From: Thermoplasmatota archaeon
GTDB taxonomy: Archaea; Thermoplasmatota; E2; UBA202; JdFR-43
Assembly: GCA_038818725.1 (NCBI GenBank)
Contig: JAWAYL010000004.1
Coordinates: 1-53,501, forward strand
DNA: 53,501 bases
Direction: 5' to 3'
Shown here: one piece after another, positions 1-10,785 of the stretch
Layout of the letters: each line of letters opens with the position of its first letter
How positions within the stretch are numbered: position 1 is the stretch's first letter
The notes under the pieces: model-generated
Seen by the model: only the letters and a program-made list of their open reading frames with translations
What the model was told of the DNA's origin: nothing
Database searches by the model: none
Position numbers and translations under genes: made by a program

Positions 1-181
1 TAAGCCAATTATAAATAAAGAAAAATGCATAAAATGCTATCGATGCTGGATTTTTTGCCCGGACGCTACAATAGTAATTGAGGAATTTCCTATTATTGAT
101 TACAATTACTGCAAAGGATGTGGAATATGTGCAAATGAATGTCCTGTAAATGCGATTTCAATGGAGAGGGAGGGGAAATGA
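1..181 (+). CDS. porD: 2-oxoacid:ferredoxin oxidoreductase delta subunit (2x[4Fe-4S]), 5'-truncated by the window edge
   Basis: Hand translation from base 2: KPIINKEKCIKCYRCWIFCPD...YNYCKGCGICANECPVNAISMEREGK*. It has two ferredoxin motifs, and its TGA (179-181) overlaps the porA ATG (178). Not in the ORF track. Confidence 0.9.
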   Translation, partial: KPIINKEKCIKCYRCWIFCPDATIVIEEFPIIDYNYCKGCGICANECPVNAISMEREGK

Positions 182-1290
182 TAGTTATAGATACCGCAAA
201 TCATATTTCCGCTCTTGCTGCAAAAATGGCAAGGCCTAAGGTTATAGCTGCCTATCCTATAACTCCTCAAACAACAATTGTTGAAAGACTTGCTGAATAT
301 GTTGAAAAAGGAGAGCTTGATGCGGAATTTATAAGAGTTGAATCAGAGCATTCAGCGATGACAGCATGCATTGCAGCAGAAGCATGTGGAGTAAGAACTT
401 TTACCGCAACTTCTTCTCATGGCCTGCTTTTGATGCACGAAATGCTTCACTGGGCTGGACTCGCCCGCCTGCCAGTTGTGATGGTGAATGTAAATCGTGC
501 AATAGGACCCGGATGGAATATATGGAGCGATGCGAATGATTCGATGGCCCAGCGCGACACAGGTTGGCTTCACTTTTATTGCTCAAGCAACCAGGAAGTT
601 TTTGATACAATTATACAGGCATATAAAATTGCTGAAAATGAAGAAATTATGCTACCTGCAATGATTTCATATGATGGGTTTATATTGAGCCACACATCGA
701 TGCCAGTTGAAGTTCCTTCTCAAAAAGAAATAGATGAATTTTTACCTCCTTTTAAACCAGCATGGAACATTATTGATGAAACAATTACCCACGGAAACAT
801 AATCGAGCCATTTAACTATGCAAGGATAAGATATGATATGATGATTTCAATGGAAAAGGCAAAGAAAATAATTGAAGAAGTAGGAGAAGAATTTGGAAAA
901 AAATTTTCTCGCTATTACGGGCTAGTTGATGAATATAAATGTGATGATGCTGACTATGTAATAGTTGCGATGGCATCTATTGCTAGTGAGGCAAAATTTG
1001 CTGTTGATAGGCTTCGTAGCAGAGGAGAAAAAGTAGGGGTAGCTAATTTAAGAACGCATCGCCCTTTGCCATTTGAAAAATTGAAATATGATAAAATTAT
1101 TGTTATAGAAAGAGCTCTTTCCCCTGGACTAGGAGGTATAGTATATAATGAAATTAAGGGAAAAGTAAAGGAAGCATATGGTTTTATTGCTGGAATAGGA
1201 GGAATGGATGTGAGCTATAAAGATATTGAAAAAATGTATGAGCTTGCGAAAAAAGGAAAAGAAGGATTTTATCCTTTTGAGGTGAGTTGA
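178..1290 (+). CDS. porA: Pyruvate/2-oxoacid:ferredoxin oxidoreductase alpha subunit
   Basis: YPITPQT, ESEHSA, TATSSHGL and NRA motifs. True start is probably ATG 178 (GGAGGG upstream, ATGA overlap) rather than 139. Substrate specificity (POR vs VOR) not resolvable. Confidence 0.93.
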   Translation: MIVIDTANHISALAAKMARPKVIAAYPITPQTTIVERLAEYVEKGELDAEFIRVESEHSAMTACIAAEACGVRTFTATSSHGLLLMHEMLHWAGLARLPVVMVNVNRAIGPGWNIWSDANDSMAQRDTGWLHFYCSSNQEVFDTIIQAYKIAENEEIMLPAMISYDGFILSHTSMPVEVPSQKEIDEFLPPFKPAWNIIDETITHGNIIEPFNYARIRYDMMISMEKAKKIIEEVGEEFGKKFSRYYGLVDEYKCDDADYVIVAMASIASEAKFAVDRLRSRGEKVGVANLRTHRPLPFEKLKYDKIIVIERALSPGLGGIVYNEIKGKVKEAYGFIAGIGGMDVSYKDIEKMYELAKKGKEGFYPFEVS

Positions 1291-2183
1291 TGGCAATAAA
1301 AGATTTGCCAAAAGAAGAATATATTCTTAAAGGGCATGCGGCTTGTCCCGGCTGTCCTATTACAATTGCATTGCGCATAGCATTAAAAGCTCTCGGTAAA
1401 AAAGTTATATTTGTCGTTCCCGCTTCATGTAGTGCAGTAATTCAAGCCATATATCCAAAAACATCTTTTGCATTTCCTACACTTAATATTGCATTTGAAG
1501 CAAGTGCAGCAGCAGCTAGTGGCGTAGCATCTGCTCTAAAAATGCTGGGAAAAGAAGATATTACACCTGTTGTATGGGCAGGAGATGGAGGAACCTATGA
1601 TATAGGCTTGCAAGCTTTATCTGGAGCTCTTGAAAGAGGAACAAATTTCATATATGTTTGCTATAACAATCAGATGTATTCAAATACAGGCATCCAGAGA
1701 AGTGGAGCTACGCCTTATGGAGCATGGACAACAACAACATGGAGTGGGAAAAAGGAATATGAGAAAAATTTTGCAGAAATTGTAATGGCTCATCACATTC
1801 CTTATATTGCTACTGCTACAATTGCATATCCTGAAGACTTATATAGAAAAATGAAAAAGGCGAAGGAAATTGCTGGCCCCCGCTATATAGAAATTCTCGC
1901 CCCCTGCCCGCCTGGATGGAGATTTGATATGAGTAAAACTGTTGAGATGGCTAGACTTGCAGTTGAAACAGGAGCATGGGTTCTTTATGAAGCTGTTGAT
2001 GGAAAAATTGAGTTTAATCTTGAAAGCAAAAAAATTCTTGAAGGAAAGGAAAGGAAGCCTATTGAGGAATGGCTTAAAATGCAGGGAAGATTTGCCCATC
2101 TTAAAAGCGAAGATGTAGAAAAAATAAAGAAATGGATTGATGATAAATGGGAGCATTACAGGAAAATTTACTCAATGAAATAA
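1290..2183 (+). CDS. porB: Pyruvate/2-oxoacid:ferredoxin oxidoreductase beta subunit (TPP-binding)
   Basis: GHAACPGC, GDGGTYDIG...YNN TPP motif and PCP. GGTGA Shine-Dalgarno and overlap with the alpha stop. Confidence 0.93.
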   Translation: MAIKDLPKEEYILKGHAACPGCPITIALRIALKALGKKVIFVVPASCSAVIQAIYPKTSFAFPTLNIAFEASAAAASGVASALKMLGKEDITPVVWAGDGGTYDIGLQALSGALERGTNFIYVCYNNQMYSNTGIQRSGATPYGAWTTTTWSGKKEYEKNFAEIVMAHHIPYIATATIAYPEDLYRKMKKAKEIAGPRYIEILAPCPPGWRFDMSKTVEMARLAVETGAWVLYEAVDGKIEFNLESKKILEGKERKPIEEWLKMQGRFAHLKSEDVEKIKKWIDDKWEHYRKIYSMK

Positions 2184-2764
2184 AAAATTTATATAAAAAT
2201 AGAAAAGAAGAGATAGAGAAAAGAATAGAGGAATTTAAAAATAAAAAAAGAAAGGAAGAAATTCTTGCAGAACTTATATTTTGTCTTCTTACCCCTCAAT
2301 CAAAAGCAAAATTTTGCTGGCAAGCTGCAAAAAATATTTTAGAAAAAAAATTGAGTTGCGAGGAAGAAATAAGAAAAGAGCTTGAAAAAATAAGATTTAA
2401 AAATAGGAAGGCAAGATATGTTTTGAACGCAATGGAAAATTTTGATAAAATTAAAAATATAAAAAATATGAAAGCAAATGAAGCAAGAGAATATCTTGTT
2501 AAAAATATAAAAGGAATGGGATATAAAGAAGCAAGCCATTTTTTAAGGAATATAGGGTTTCTAAATTTTGCAATTCTTGATAGACATATTCTAAAAAATT
2601 TGAAAAATTTAGGAATTATAGATGAAATTCCAAAAAATCTTTCAAGAAAAAAATACATTGAAATAGAAGAAAAAATGAGGAAATTTTCTGAAGAAATTTC
2701 AGTGCCAATGAGCCATCTTGATTTGCTTTTATGGTGCAAGGAAACAGGAGAAGTTTTTAAGTAA
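2147..2764 (+). CDS. ogg: 8-oxoguanine DNA glycosylase/AP lyase (archaeal Ogg2 type)
   Basis: FCLLTPQS, RF.N.KA.Y, HhH motif IKGMGYKEASHFLRN, AILDRH and C-terminal DLLLW..ETG.V.K. Start codon uncertain. Confidence 0.9.
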   Translation: MGALQENLLNEIKNLYKNRKEEIEKRIEEFKNKKRKEEILAELIFCLLTPQSKAKFCWQAAKNILEKKLSCEEEIRKELEKIRFKNRKARYVLNAMENFDKIKNIKNMKANEAREYLVKNIKGMGYKEASHFLRNIGFLNFAILDRHILKNLKNLGIIDEIPKNLSRKKYIEIEEKMRKFSEEISVPMSHLDLLLWCKETGEVFK

Positions 2765-4418
2765 TGCTTCCATTAGTTAAAAATAAAACAAAGCCAAAAA
2801 TAACAAATCCTTCTCTTGTTTTTTCTTTTCCTCCAGCTTCGAGATGAATTTTTATTTTAGAAAAGGTTATAAAGAAGGCCTCTCCCAGCCCAATTATCGT
2901 ATGAGGAGGGATATCAAATGCGCCAGTATGATTGCTCTCTTTTCCAATAACACTAAAATTTACATAATAAGATGCGATGATTGTTTCATTTCTTCCATTA
3001 TATACACCCACCACATATCCAAATCCATAATCATTTTCTTCATATACTGCGCTATTAATGCCAGCGCTGATATAAAGCTCAACGTTGCTTCCTTCATTTA
3101 CGTATTCATATGCTCCTATGTCATAGCCGCTTCCTTGAGGTCTTGGTGTGCCATCGTAATCGATGGGTGGGGCGTTGTGGGGTGTGCCTGCATCTATGGC
3201 AATGCTACCTTCTTTTAAATGAAAATCCCATCTGTTTAAACTAACAAATAAGCTATTAATATCAAAGGAAACTAAGGAATTAACATCTTGATTGCTGTAG
3301 CTACTCCATTTTCCATTTTCAATATCGCTCGATGAAAATTCATCAGTGTAGGCAACTGAAATAACCCTCTCTAAATTATCATTATGGAATATGTTATAAT
3401 CTCCATGATAATTAGCGATGCTCATTTCTTCAAATGCCAAACCAATATTATCTCCTCCAGCCAATATACAGTTATACATGTATAAGCTATCAGATGAACT
3501 TTCCACCCATATATTGTATATTTTTGCATCTACAAAATCGCAATTTTGAAGTAAAATGCTTCCTTCTTTTCCATCCCAATCTAATTCAACATTTGCAATA
3601 TTATTTCCATATCCTAAACAATTGACAAGAGTTATATTGTCTTCCCATAGTTTATATCCAGAATTCCAGCAATGATGAGCTGAACATCTGCTCAATGTAG
3701 TATTTTTAGCACTGATATCAAATCCATCAAATACATCATAAGATTTACATCCAATAAATGAAAAGTTTTGCTGGTTTCCATGGCCGATGGCGAAGCCATC
3801 CACATTCTGGCTTCTATCAATAGCAGAATGAGCGGTGCAATTAATGAACAAACCATTGTAACAATCTTTTCCTCCAGAAGGAGAGGCATCGATTCCATAC
3901 AGGATAAAATTATATACTTCTACATTTTCCAAAATAAAATCATGGGTTCCATCCGCAATGCCAATACCATAAAAAACATTATAAACTTTACATTTGCTTA
4001 TTTCAATATTAGATGAATTTACAATCCATATTCCTGTATTATAATTGCATATTTCCATCCCTATAAATTTAAAATATTTTGAGTTAATAATTACTCCTGT
4101 GCTTTCTGCATTTTTTCCATCTATAATTGGCTTTTCTTCCATATAGGCTGAAAATATAATATAGTCAATTTCATTTCCTTCTTTTGAAATATAAACCTGT
4201 TCATTATAAATTCCTCCTCTTATATAAACCGTATCTCCAGCTTTTGCCACATTTGCTGCATGCTGGATTGTTTTCCATGGCAAATTAAATGTTCCAGGAT
4301 TGTTATCATTTCCCCAAGGAGCAACATAGTATGTATTATTAGAGGGATATGATTTTCCACTGTTTGGTAAGGGAAATAAAAATACGAAGGCAATTATTAA
4401 GCTAAATAATTTTCTCAC
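2757..4418 (-). CDS. Secreted right-handed beta-helix (pectate-lyase-like) protein with DUF1565-like N-terminus and choice-of-anchor-Q-like motif
   Basis: Signal peptide MRKLFSLIIAFVFLFP; YYVAPWGNDNNPGT..PWKTIQHA...GDTVYIRGG; repeated beta-helix turns; IDAG...D.DGTPRPQGSGYDIGAYE. GTG start. Confidence 0.8.
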   Translation of the reverse strand: MRKLFSLIIAFVFLFPLPNSGKSYPSNNTYYVAPWGNDNNPGTFNLPWKTIQHAANVAKAGDTVYIRGGIYNEQVYISKEGNEIDYIIFSAYMEEKPIIDGKNAESTGVIINSKYFKFIGMEICNYNTGIWIVNSSNIEISKCKVYNVFYGIGIADGTHDFILENVEVYNFILYGIDASPSGGKDCYNGLFINCTAHSAIDRSQNVDGFAIGHGNQQNFSFIGCKSYDVFDGFDISAKNTTLSRCSAHHCWNSGYKLWEDNITLVNCLGYGNNIANVELDWDGKEGSILLQNCDFVDAKIYNIWVESSSDSLYMYNCILAGGDNIGLAFEEMSIANYHGDYNIFHNDNLERVISVAYTDEFSSSDIENGKWSSYSNQDVNSLVSFDINSLFVSLNRWDFHLKEGSIAIDAGTPHNAPPIDYDGTPRPQGSGYDIGAYEYVNEGSNVELYISAGINSAVYEENDYGFGYVVGVYNGRNETIIASYYVNFSVIGKESNHTGAFDIPPHTIIGLGEAFFITFSKIKIHLEAGGKEKTREGFVIFGFVLFLTNGSIT

Positions 4419-4462
4419 GATTTAAAAAAAAATTTTTTATATTTAAGGATTGTGAGAAAATT
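4408..4462. repeat. Perfect 11-bp inverted repeat flanking a TATA-like box, with one arm covering the GTG start of the beta-helix gene
   Basis: AATTTTCTCAC (4408-4418) and GTGAGAAAATT (4452-4462), with a 33-nt AT-rich spacer. Confidence 0.7.
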
Positions 4463-4508
4463 CAAAAACAAAATATATCCATCAAAAGAAATGATAAAAG
4501 AAGCTATT

Positions 4509-5138
4509 TTAAAAAATTTTAACTCTTCTAAATCCTCTTCTTACAAAAGATGAAAAAGAATAAATTTTGCATTTGAATGGATTGAAAAAGCTATTTTCTC
4601 CTCCTATTATTACTCTTTTTTTCATTATTTCATCAATTGCGTCGTCGATGCTTTCCGCATTCATCTCTGTATATATTTTTCCCATTTCCCATAAATAGTG
4701 ACCATCACTTCCTGCCGTGAATGGTATGCTATTTTTATTTGCAAAATCAATTGCTTTTTTATTCTGGTAAGGAAAATTCCTTCCATTGATTGCTTCAATT
4801 GCATCCGCATTAATTTTTATTTTTGAAAATCTAAAAGGGTGAGCAACAATTGCTATTCCTCCTTTTTGATGTATCTCTTCTATAATGTTGTTTCTTGCAT
4901 TTATTTCTTCTTCTATTCCAATCGCAAGAATATGTCCTTTTGTTGTTTTTATTTCCATTCCAGGAATTACAATAAAATTTTTTGAAATTTTCATTGCCTT
5001 TCTTGCTCCTTCAAGAGTGTTATGGTCAACAACTGCTATTCCTGAAAAATTCATTTTTTTCATATATCTTATAATATCTTCTGGCTTTTCATTTCCATCA
5101 GAAGAATAAATTGTATGAATATGCATATCAAACTTCAT
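4509..5138 (-). CDS. PHP-domain metallohydrolase
   Basis: DMHIHT..SSDG, VVDH, G.EI, HILA, AHP and GSDGH metal-ligand motifs. Start ATG 5138 overlaps the metG stop (ATGA). Confidence 0.88.
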   Translation of the reverse strand: MKFDMHIHTIYSSDGNEKPEDIIRYMKKMNFSGIAVVDHNTLEGARKAMKISKNFIVIPGMEIKTTKGHILAIGIEEEINARNNIIEEIHQKGGIAIVAHPFRFSKIKINADAIEAINGRNFPYQNKKAIDFANKNSIPFTAGSDGHYLWEMGKIYTEMNAESIDDAIDEIMKKRVIIGGENSFFNPFKCKIYSFSSFVRRGFRRVKIF

Positions 5139-7240
5139 CTTATTACGCATCCATCCTTAACTTTTCCATCAATTTCTATTTCTCCTTCTTCATCTCTCAA
5201 AAATTTTCCATTATATTCCACTTTTCCATTTCTTGAAATCATTCTTATCTTAGAGAATTCTTCATAATCTATTTCCTCTTTAGCATCTTTTTTTATTCCA
5301 TCAATAAAAACATCACTTCCTTCTCTTCCTTTTGCAAGCAAAATAAAAGGTTTTCCTCCTTCATCCGCAGCAAGTAGCATTCCTTTTGATGCTACGCCTC
5401 TTATTTTCGCCTCTTTTAGATTTGCAAGATATACAATTTTTTTATTTATCAGCTCTTCTTTTTTGTACCATGGCTTTATTCCCGCAACAATTTTTCTTTT
5501 TCCTAATTCCCCAACATCGAGCTCAATTATGTAAAGCTTATCTGCATTTGGATGCTCCTCTATGCTATTTATTTTTGCAACCCTTAAATCAATTTTTGAA
5601 AAAGGTTCTTCAATTATATCTTTTAACTCTATTTTGCTGAAAAGAGGGTATGGGGAAGGTAATTCATTTTCCTCTATTTCTTCCAAAGCATCTTCCCATT
5701 TATGGCTATGAATGCTATCTTTGTATCCAAGCATTTTCCATATTTTTTCAGCTGTTTTTGGCATATATGGGGCGGATGCTATTGCAAGAATTTTTACTAT
5801 TCTAAGGCAAACGTTTATTATGCTTTCGCATCTCTCTTTATCCTCTTTAATATATCTCCATGGTTCTGAAGAATTTATATATTGATTTCCTATCTGAGCA
5901 ATTTTCATCACTCTTTTTATTCCTTCTTTAAAATTGCATTTTTCAATCATTTCCCCAGCTTCAATAAAATTTTTTTTAGCTTCTTCGAGAGCAATCTCAT
6001 CAATTTTATCCGCTTTTTTATATCTTGTTACTCTTCCAAAATTTTTATATGCAAAAGAAATTACTCGATGAATGAAATTTCCATAAATTCCAACAAGCTC
6101 ATTGTTATTTTTTGCAACAAAGTCTTCCCAATGCCAGCTGGCATCATGCTTCTCTGGCATATTTACAGCTAAATAATAGCGTATTGCATCAACATTAAAT
6201 TTGCTAACTATATCTGGAAGCCATATTCCAATACCGCGAGATTTAGAAAATTGCTCTCCAGACAGGGTAAGATATTCATTTGCTGGCACATCATACGGCA
6301 GGTTAAGCCCGCCATGCGCCATCAGCATTGCTGGCCATATGATAGTATGGAAAGGGATGTTGTCTTTTGCAAGGAAATAATAATGCTTTGCATTGCCTTG
6401 CCACCATTTTTTCCATTCCTCACTTTTTCCAATTTTTTCAGCCCATTCCATTGAAGCAGAGAGATAGCCAATCACTGCCTCAAACCATACATATATTCTC
6501 TTATTTTCATATCCTTCAAATGGCAACTCTACTCCCCAAGTTAAGTCGCGAGTTATGGCCCTGTCTTTAAGTCCTGATTTTATGAAATTTATCGTAAAAT
6601 TGATAACATTGTCACGCCACCATTTCTTATCTTCAAGCCATCTCAGCAATTTTTCTTCAAATTCAGATATTTTAAAGAAAAAATGTTCTGTTTCTTTTTT
6701 AACTGGCTTATCTCCACAAATTTTGCATACTGGCTGAATTATTTCAATTGCTTCGAGAGTTTTTCCACAGTCAATGCATTGATCCCCTCTTGCTCTTCCA
6801 TTACAATATGGACATATTCCTTCAACATATCTATCTGGCAAAAATCTTTTACAATTTTCGCAGTATAAAGCAAGAATTTTTTTCTTATAAATATAGTTTT
6901 TTTCATATAGCTTTAGGAAAAATTCCTTAACAACTTTTTTATGGAAATCGTTGCTAGTGCGAGAAAAATTCTCAAAATATATTCCAAAATCTTCTATATT
7001 TTTCAAATGCTCTTCATGATAGCGATCAACAATTTCTTTTGGATGCTTCCTTTCTTTTTCAGCAGTTATTGTTATAGGAGTGCCATGCTCATCGCTCCCA
7101 GAAACCATAAGAACTTCATTCCCTCTCATCCTATGATAGCGAGCAAATATATCGCCAGGGAGCAAGCAACCCGCAAGCGTCCCTAAATGCAGTGAGCCAT
7201 TTGCATATGGCCATGCAACTCCAACAAATATTCTTTCCAT
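5135..7240 (-). CDS. metG: Methionine--tRNA ligase with C-terminal tRNA-binding domain
   Basis: AWPYANGSLHLGT, GSDEHG, zinc knuckles (CENC, CPYC, CIDC, CKIC), YVWFEA, KDNIPFH, QFSKS and an EMAP-like C-terminus. Confidence 0.97.
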   Translation of the reverse strand: MERIFVGVAWPYANGSLHLGTLAGCLLPGDIFARYHRMRGNEVLMVSGSDEHGTPITITAEKERKHPKEIVDRYHEEHLKNIEDFGIYFENFSRTSNDFHKKVVKEFFLKLYEKNYIYKKKILALYCENCKRFLPDRYVEGICPYCNGRARGDQCIDCGKTLEAIEIIQPVCKICGDKPVKKETEHFFFKISEFEEKLLRWLEDKKWWRDNVINFTINFIKSGLKDRAITRDLTWGVELPFEGYENKRIYVWFEAVIGYLSASMEWAEKIGKSEEWKKWWQGNAKHYYFLAKDNIPFHTIIWPAMLMAHGGLNLPYDVPANEYLTLSGEQFSKSRGIGIWLPDIVSKFNVDAIRYYLAVNMPEKHDASWHWEDFVAKNNNELVGIYGNFIHRVISFAYKNFGRVTRYKKADKIDEIALEEAKKNFIEAGEMIEKCNFKEGIKRVMKIAQIGNQYINSSEPWRYIKEDKERCESIINVCLRIVKILAIASAPYMPKTAEKIWKMLGYKDSIHSHKWEDALEEIEENELPSPYPLFSKIELKDIIEEPFSKIDLRVAKINSIEEHPNADKLYIIELDVGELGKRKIVAGIKPWYKKEELINKKIVYLANLKEAKIRGVASKGMLLAADEGGKPFILLAKGREGSDVFIDGIKKDAKEEIDYEEFSKIRMISRNGKVEYNGKFLRDEEGEIEIDGKVKDGCVIR

Positions 7241-7445
7241 AAATGTGTATATAGAGCATTTAAAAATATGTTGTGGTATTTATTTTTGCATAATCCATTT
7301 CCAAAGAGGCAAGAAATCAATTATCCTATTCCCGATTTTTTAGCTTATTTTCATAATGCCAATTCTCTTAAAGTTTGAAGCTTTATTAGCAATCTCATTC
7401 ATTAAATTAAAATAAATAAAAATATATTTTAAAAAATTATTCTAT

Positions 7446-8609
7446 TTGTTGAAAAGCAAGGTTGCAATTGTTAAAAATGAAAACATATATGAAGCAACTT
7501 TTAAAGCACTGGATTATTTAGAATATGATTTAAAAGGAAAAATACTGATAAAGCCAAATTTAACACTGGATGTTAGCAAGCAAAGAAGAGCTTGCACAAA
7601 TCCAGAAGTAATAGAAGCAATTATAGATGCTATAAGAAGTGGCGGTGGCCAAGCTTATGTTGGAGAAAGCTCGATGGTTGGATGCGATACAATGAAAGCT
7701 TATGAGAAAAGTGGATTAAAAGAAGTTTGTGAAAGGAAAAAGGTTAAATTTATTGATTTCAATAGATGCGAGCCATTAAAAATAAAAATAGAAGGAGAAT
7801 TTTTAAAAGAAATAGTTGTTGCTAAAGAAATTCTTGATTTTGATAAAATAATTTCTGTTCCTGTAATGAAAACGCATGTTTTAACAGGAGTTACTCTTGC
7901 TATGAAAAATATGAAAGGCTTGCAATATAGAAATGAAAAAATAAGGCTGCATGAAAAAGGAATAAAAATGCTCCACATTGGCATAGTTGATATAAATGTT
8001 TCATTTAAGCCATATCTTGCTGTAATTGATGCCAGCTATGCGCAGGATGGCGAAGGGCCGGTTGCTGGGAATGTGAGGAAAATGGATTTAATCATAGCAA
8101 GCAGGGATGTTGTTTCTGCTGATGCAAGTGCATGCAGGGTTATGGGAATAAATCCTTATGAAATATATCATATAAAAAGAGGAGAAGAAAGAAGGCTTGG
8201 AAAAATAAGAGACGTTGAACTGCTTGGAGAAAAAATAAAAGATGTTAAAGAAAAATTCGAAAATCCTGTAAAAAGCAATAGGATAAAGTATAGAATATTT
8301 GATTTTGGAATGATGCTTGCATCAAGATTGAAAGGAACTAATAAAGAGGAAAACGCTTATAAAACAATAGCGGAACTTATGAAAACAAAGCCATTTATCA
8401 GCAATTATTGCAAAAAATGCGGAAAATGTACAGAAATATGTCCTCAAAAAGCAATAGAGAATTTTAAAATAAATCATGAAAAATGTGTTTCATGCATGAT
8501 ATGCATGGAAGGATGTCCTTTTAATGCAATAAAGATAGAGAAAATATCTCTTTTAAGAGGAATAAAAGAGATTATAAGATTTACTCCAGAGTTTTTTAAA
8601 AAATTATAA
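7446..8609 (+). CDS. DUF362-domain protein with C-terminal 2x[4Fe-4S] ferredoxin
   Basis: IKPNL, TNPEV, GES, PVMKTH and GVTLAMKN motifs; CKKCGKCTEICP and CVSCMICMEGCP. TTG start. Confidence 0.85.
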   Translation: MLKSKVAIVKNENIYEATFKALDYLEYDLKGKILIKPNLTLDVSKQRRACTNPEVIEAIIDAIRSGGGQAYVGESSMVGCDTMKAYEKSGLKEVCERKKVKFIDFNRCEPLKIKIEGEFLKEIVVAKEILDFDKIISVPVMKTHVLTGVTLAMKNMKGLQYRNEKIRLHEKGIKMLHIGIVDINVSFKPYLAVIDASYAQDGEGPVAGNVRKMDLIIASRDVVSADASACRVMGINPYEIYHIKRGEERRLGKIRDVELLGEKIKDVKEKFENPVKSNRIKYRIFDFGMMLASRLKGTNKEENAYKTIAELMKTKPFISNYCKKCGKCTEICPQKAIENFKINHEKCVSCMICMEGCPFNAIKIEKISLLRGIKEIIRFTPEFFKKL

Positions 8610-9317
8610 AATAGTTATTACAAAGGCAATAAGGGCGACAATTGATATCGATATTAAATTTACATCGCTATTATTCAATATTGCATCAGATGAATTCATT
8701 GTCCCTTTACCTTTTGCTTGGAATGTTGCTCCTAAAAATGAATCAATATGGCAACCAACAATCCCTAAAAAAGCACATAAAAAAACATTGGATATGCTTA
8801 TTCCTAAAAGAAAATAGGCAGAAATTGAAATAATAAAAGCTCCAATAATTGCAATAATTTCTCCAAGCAAGGAAATTGCTCCGTTTGTGCCTGGTGAGAC
8901 TTTTTTTAAATTTATTATCATATATGCATTGTTTGAAAAAACTCCTATTTCAGAAGCCATTGTATCTGAGAGAGCCACTGATATTGAAGCAACAAATGGT
9001 ATGGAAAAGTCTGTATTTAAGTAAAAAGAAAATAATGCTATAAATGCAGGTATTATCCCATTTGCAATAACATTTGAAGCCTTTCTTGATTTTCTTTCAA
9101 GAAGCCTTCTTTTCTTAAAATTATGTCTATAGTGCGTTACAATTGCTCCAAAAACAAGAAAAATAAAAAGTAGAAAAAACCAGCCAAAACCTTTAGTAAG
9201 AATTATTGCTAAACCTATTGCAACTGCAGAAACTGCTCCTGTTAAATCAAGTATTCTTAAATAAAATGAAAGAATGCCAAATATAAAGCATATAAGAATT
9301 TTAAATAAAATGCTCAT
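8604..9317 (-). CDS. DUF92 / TMEM19-family membrane protein
   Basis: Multiple TM segments; R....[29 protein letters not shown] and N..VN motifs. ATGA overlap with the rtcB stop. Confidence 0.88.
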   Translation of the reverse strand: MSILFKILICFIFGILSFYLRILDLTGAVSAVAIGLAIILTKGFGWFFLLFIFLVFGAIVTHYRHNFKKRRLLERKSRKASNVIANGIIPAFIALFSFYLNTDFSIPFVASISVALSDTMASEIGVFSNNAYMIINLKKVSPGTNGAISLLGEIIAIIGAFIISISAYFLLGISISNVFLCAFLGIVGCHIDSFLGATFQAKGKGTMNSSDAILNNSDVNLISISIVALIAFVITIL

Positions 9318-10777
9318 CCTTTCACTACACCAAGCGGGACCATCCTTGCAACCTTCAATGATAAGCCTGCTCCATGAGTGGCATTTACAACCATGCTAAC
9401 ATCTTTGTATGCATCTGGACTTTCTTCTGCCATTACAACCATGCTCGCAGGATGTGCATATATTCCTTTTTCCTCAAGCATTCTTGCAATTTCTGGACCA
9501 CGCCATTTTCTTTTTGCCTCTTCTCTTGACATAACTCTCCCCGCTCCATGACATGTTGAGCCAAAAGCTTCTTCAGCTTTTTTTGTTCCTTTAAGCAAGT
9601 AGCTTTCGCTTCCCATATCTCCTGGAATTAAAACAGGTTGCCCAATGTTGCGATATTTTGCTGGTATATGCTCGCTATCTGGTCCAAATGAGCGTGTTGC
9701 ACCTTTCCTATGAACACATACCTTCATTCTTTTCCCATCAACTTCATGCTCTTCAATTTTTGCTATATTATGGCAAACATCATAAACTATTTTCATTCCC
9801 ATATCTTCCGCATCTTGCTTGAATATCTTTTCAAATGACTGGCGAACCCAATGCACAATCATCTGCCTGTTAGCCCATGCAAAATTTGCAGCGCATGCCA
9901 TTGCCTTAAAATATTGCTCTCCTTCCTTGCTTTTTAATGGGGCGCAAGCCAGCTGGCGGTCTGGCAGCTCTATCTTATATTTTTTAACCGCTTGTTCAAG
10001 CACATGAAGATAATCAGTGCATATCTGATGACCGCAACCTCTTGAGCCTGTATGAATCATTACAACAATTTGATTTTTCTCAATTCCATAAACTTTTGCT
10101 GCATTTTCATCAAATATTTCCTCGACTCTCTGAATTTCAAGGAAGTGATTTCCGGCTCCAAGTGAACCAACTTGGGACATGCCTCTTTCCTTTGCCTTCT
10201 CAGAAACTGCCTCGCTGCTTGCCTCCTTCATGCATCCATTTTCTTCTAAATACTCTAAATCTTCTTCCCATCCATAGCCATGTTCAACTGCCCATTTTGC
10301 TCCCATTTCTAAAACTTCATCAAGTTGAGCCCTGTTAAGCTTTACTTTTGCCTCACTTCCTACTCCTGAAGGAATATTTTTAAATAGCTCGTCAGTCAGT
10401 TCTTTTATTATGTTTCTGTTTATCTGCTCAAACTTAATATTTGTTCTCACCAGCCTAACACCACAGTTTATATCAAAGCCAACGCCTCCAGGAGAAATTA
10501 CTCCTTCTTCATATTCAGTTGCAGCCACCCCTCCTATCGGAAAGCCATAGCCCCAATGTATATCGGGCATTGCAAGAGATTTTCCAACTATGCCTGGCAA
10601 TGTTGCAACATTTGCAGTTTGCTCCGGAGCATTATCTTTCCTTATGGAGGGAAGCATTTCAGGTAATGCATATATAAGCCCTGGAACTCTCATGTTGAGC
10701 TTTCCATCTATTCCTCTGTAGCTCTTTGGTATTTCATATCTGTAATCATCTATTTTATTTAATGGTCCATTCCACAT
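9314..10777 (-). CDS. rtcB: RNA-splicing ligase RtcB
   Basis: [57 protein letters not shown] and HGAGR. 487 aa, no intein. Confidence 0.97.
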   Translation of the reverse strand: MWNGPLNKIDDYRYEIPKSYRGIDGKLNMRVPGLIYALPEMLPSIRKDNAPEQTANVATLPGIVGKSLAMPDIHWGYGFPIGGVAATEYEEGVISPGGVGFDINCGVRLVRTNIKFEQINRNIIKELTDELFKNIPSGVGSEAKVKLNRAQLDEVLEMGAKWAVEHGYGWEEDLEYLEENGCMKEASSEAVSEKAKERGMSQVGSLGAGNHFLEIQRVEEIFDENAAKVYGIEKNQIVVMIHTGSRGCGHQICTDYLHVLEQAVKKYKIELPDRQLACAPLKSKEGEQYFKAMACAANFAWANRQMIVHWVRQSFEKIFKQDAEDMGMKIVYDVCHNIAKIEEHEVDGKRMKVCVHRKGATRSFGPDSEHIPAKYRNIGQPVLIPGDMGSESYLLKGTKKAEEAFGSTCHGAGRVMSREEAKRKWRGPEIARMLEEKGIYAHPASMVVMAEESPDAYKDVSMVVNATHGAGLSLKVARMVPLGVVKG

Positions 10778-10785
10778 TTTCTCAC

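Noticed and set aside
7281-7402. Minus-strand MNEIANKASNFKRIGIMKIS*KIGNRIIDFLPLWKWIMQK* upstream of metG
   Set aside because: It has an internal TAA, no recognisable motif, and lies in a divergent promoter region. It cannot be distinguished from chance.
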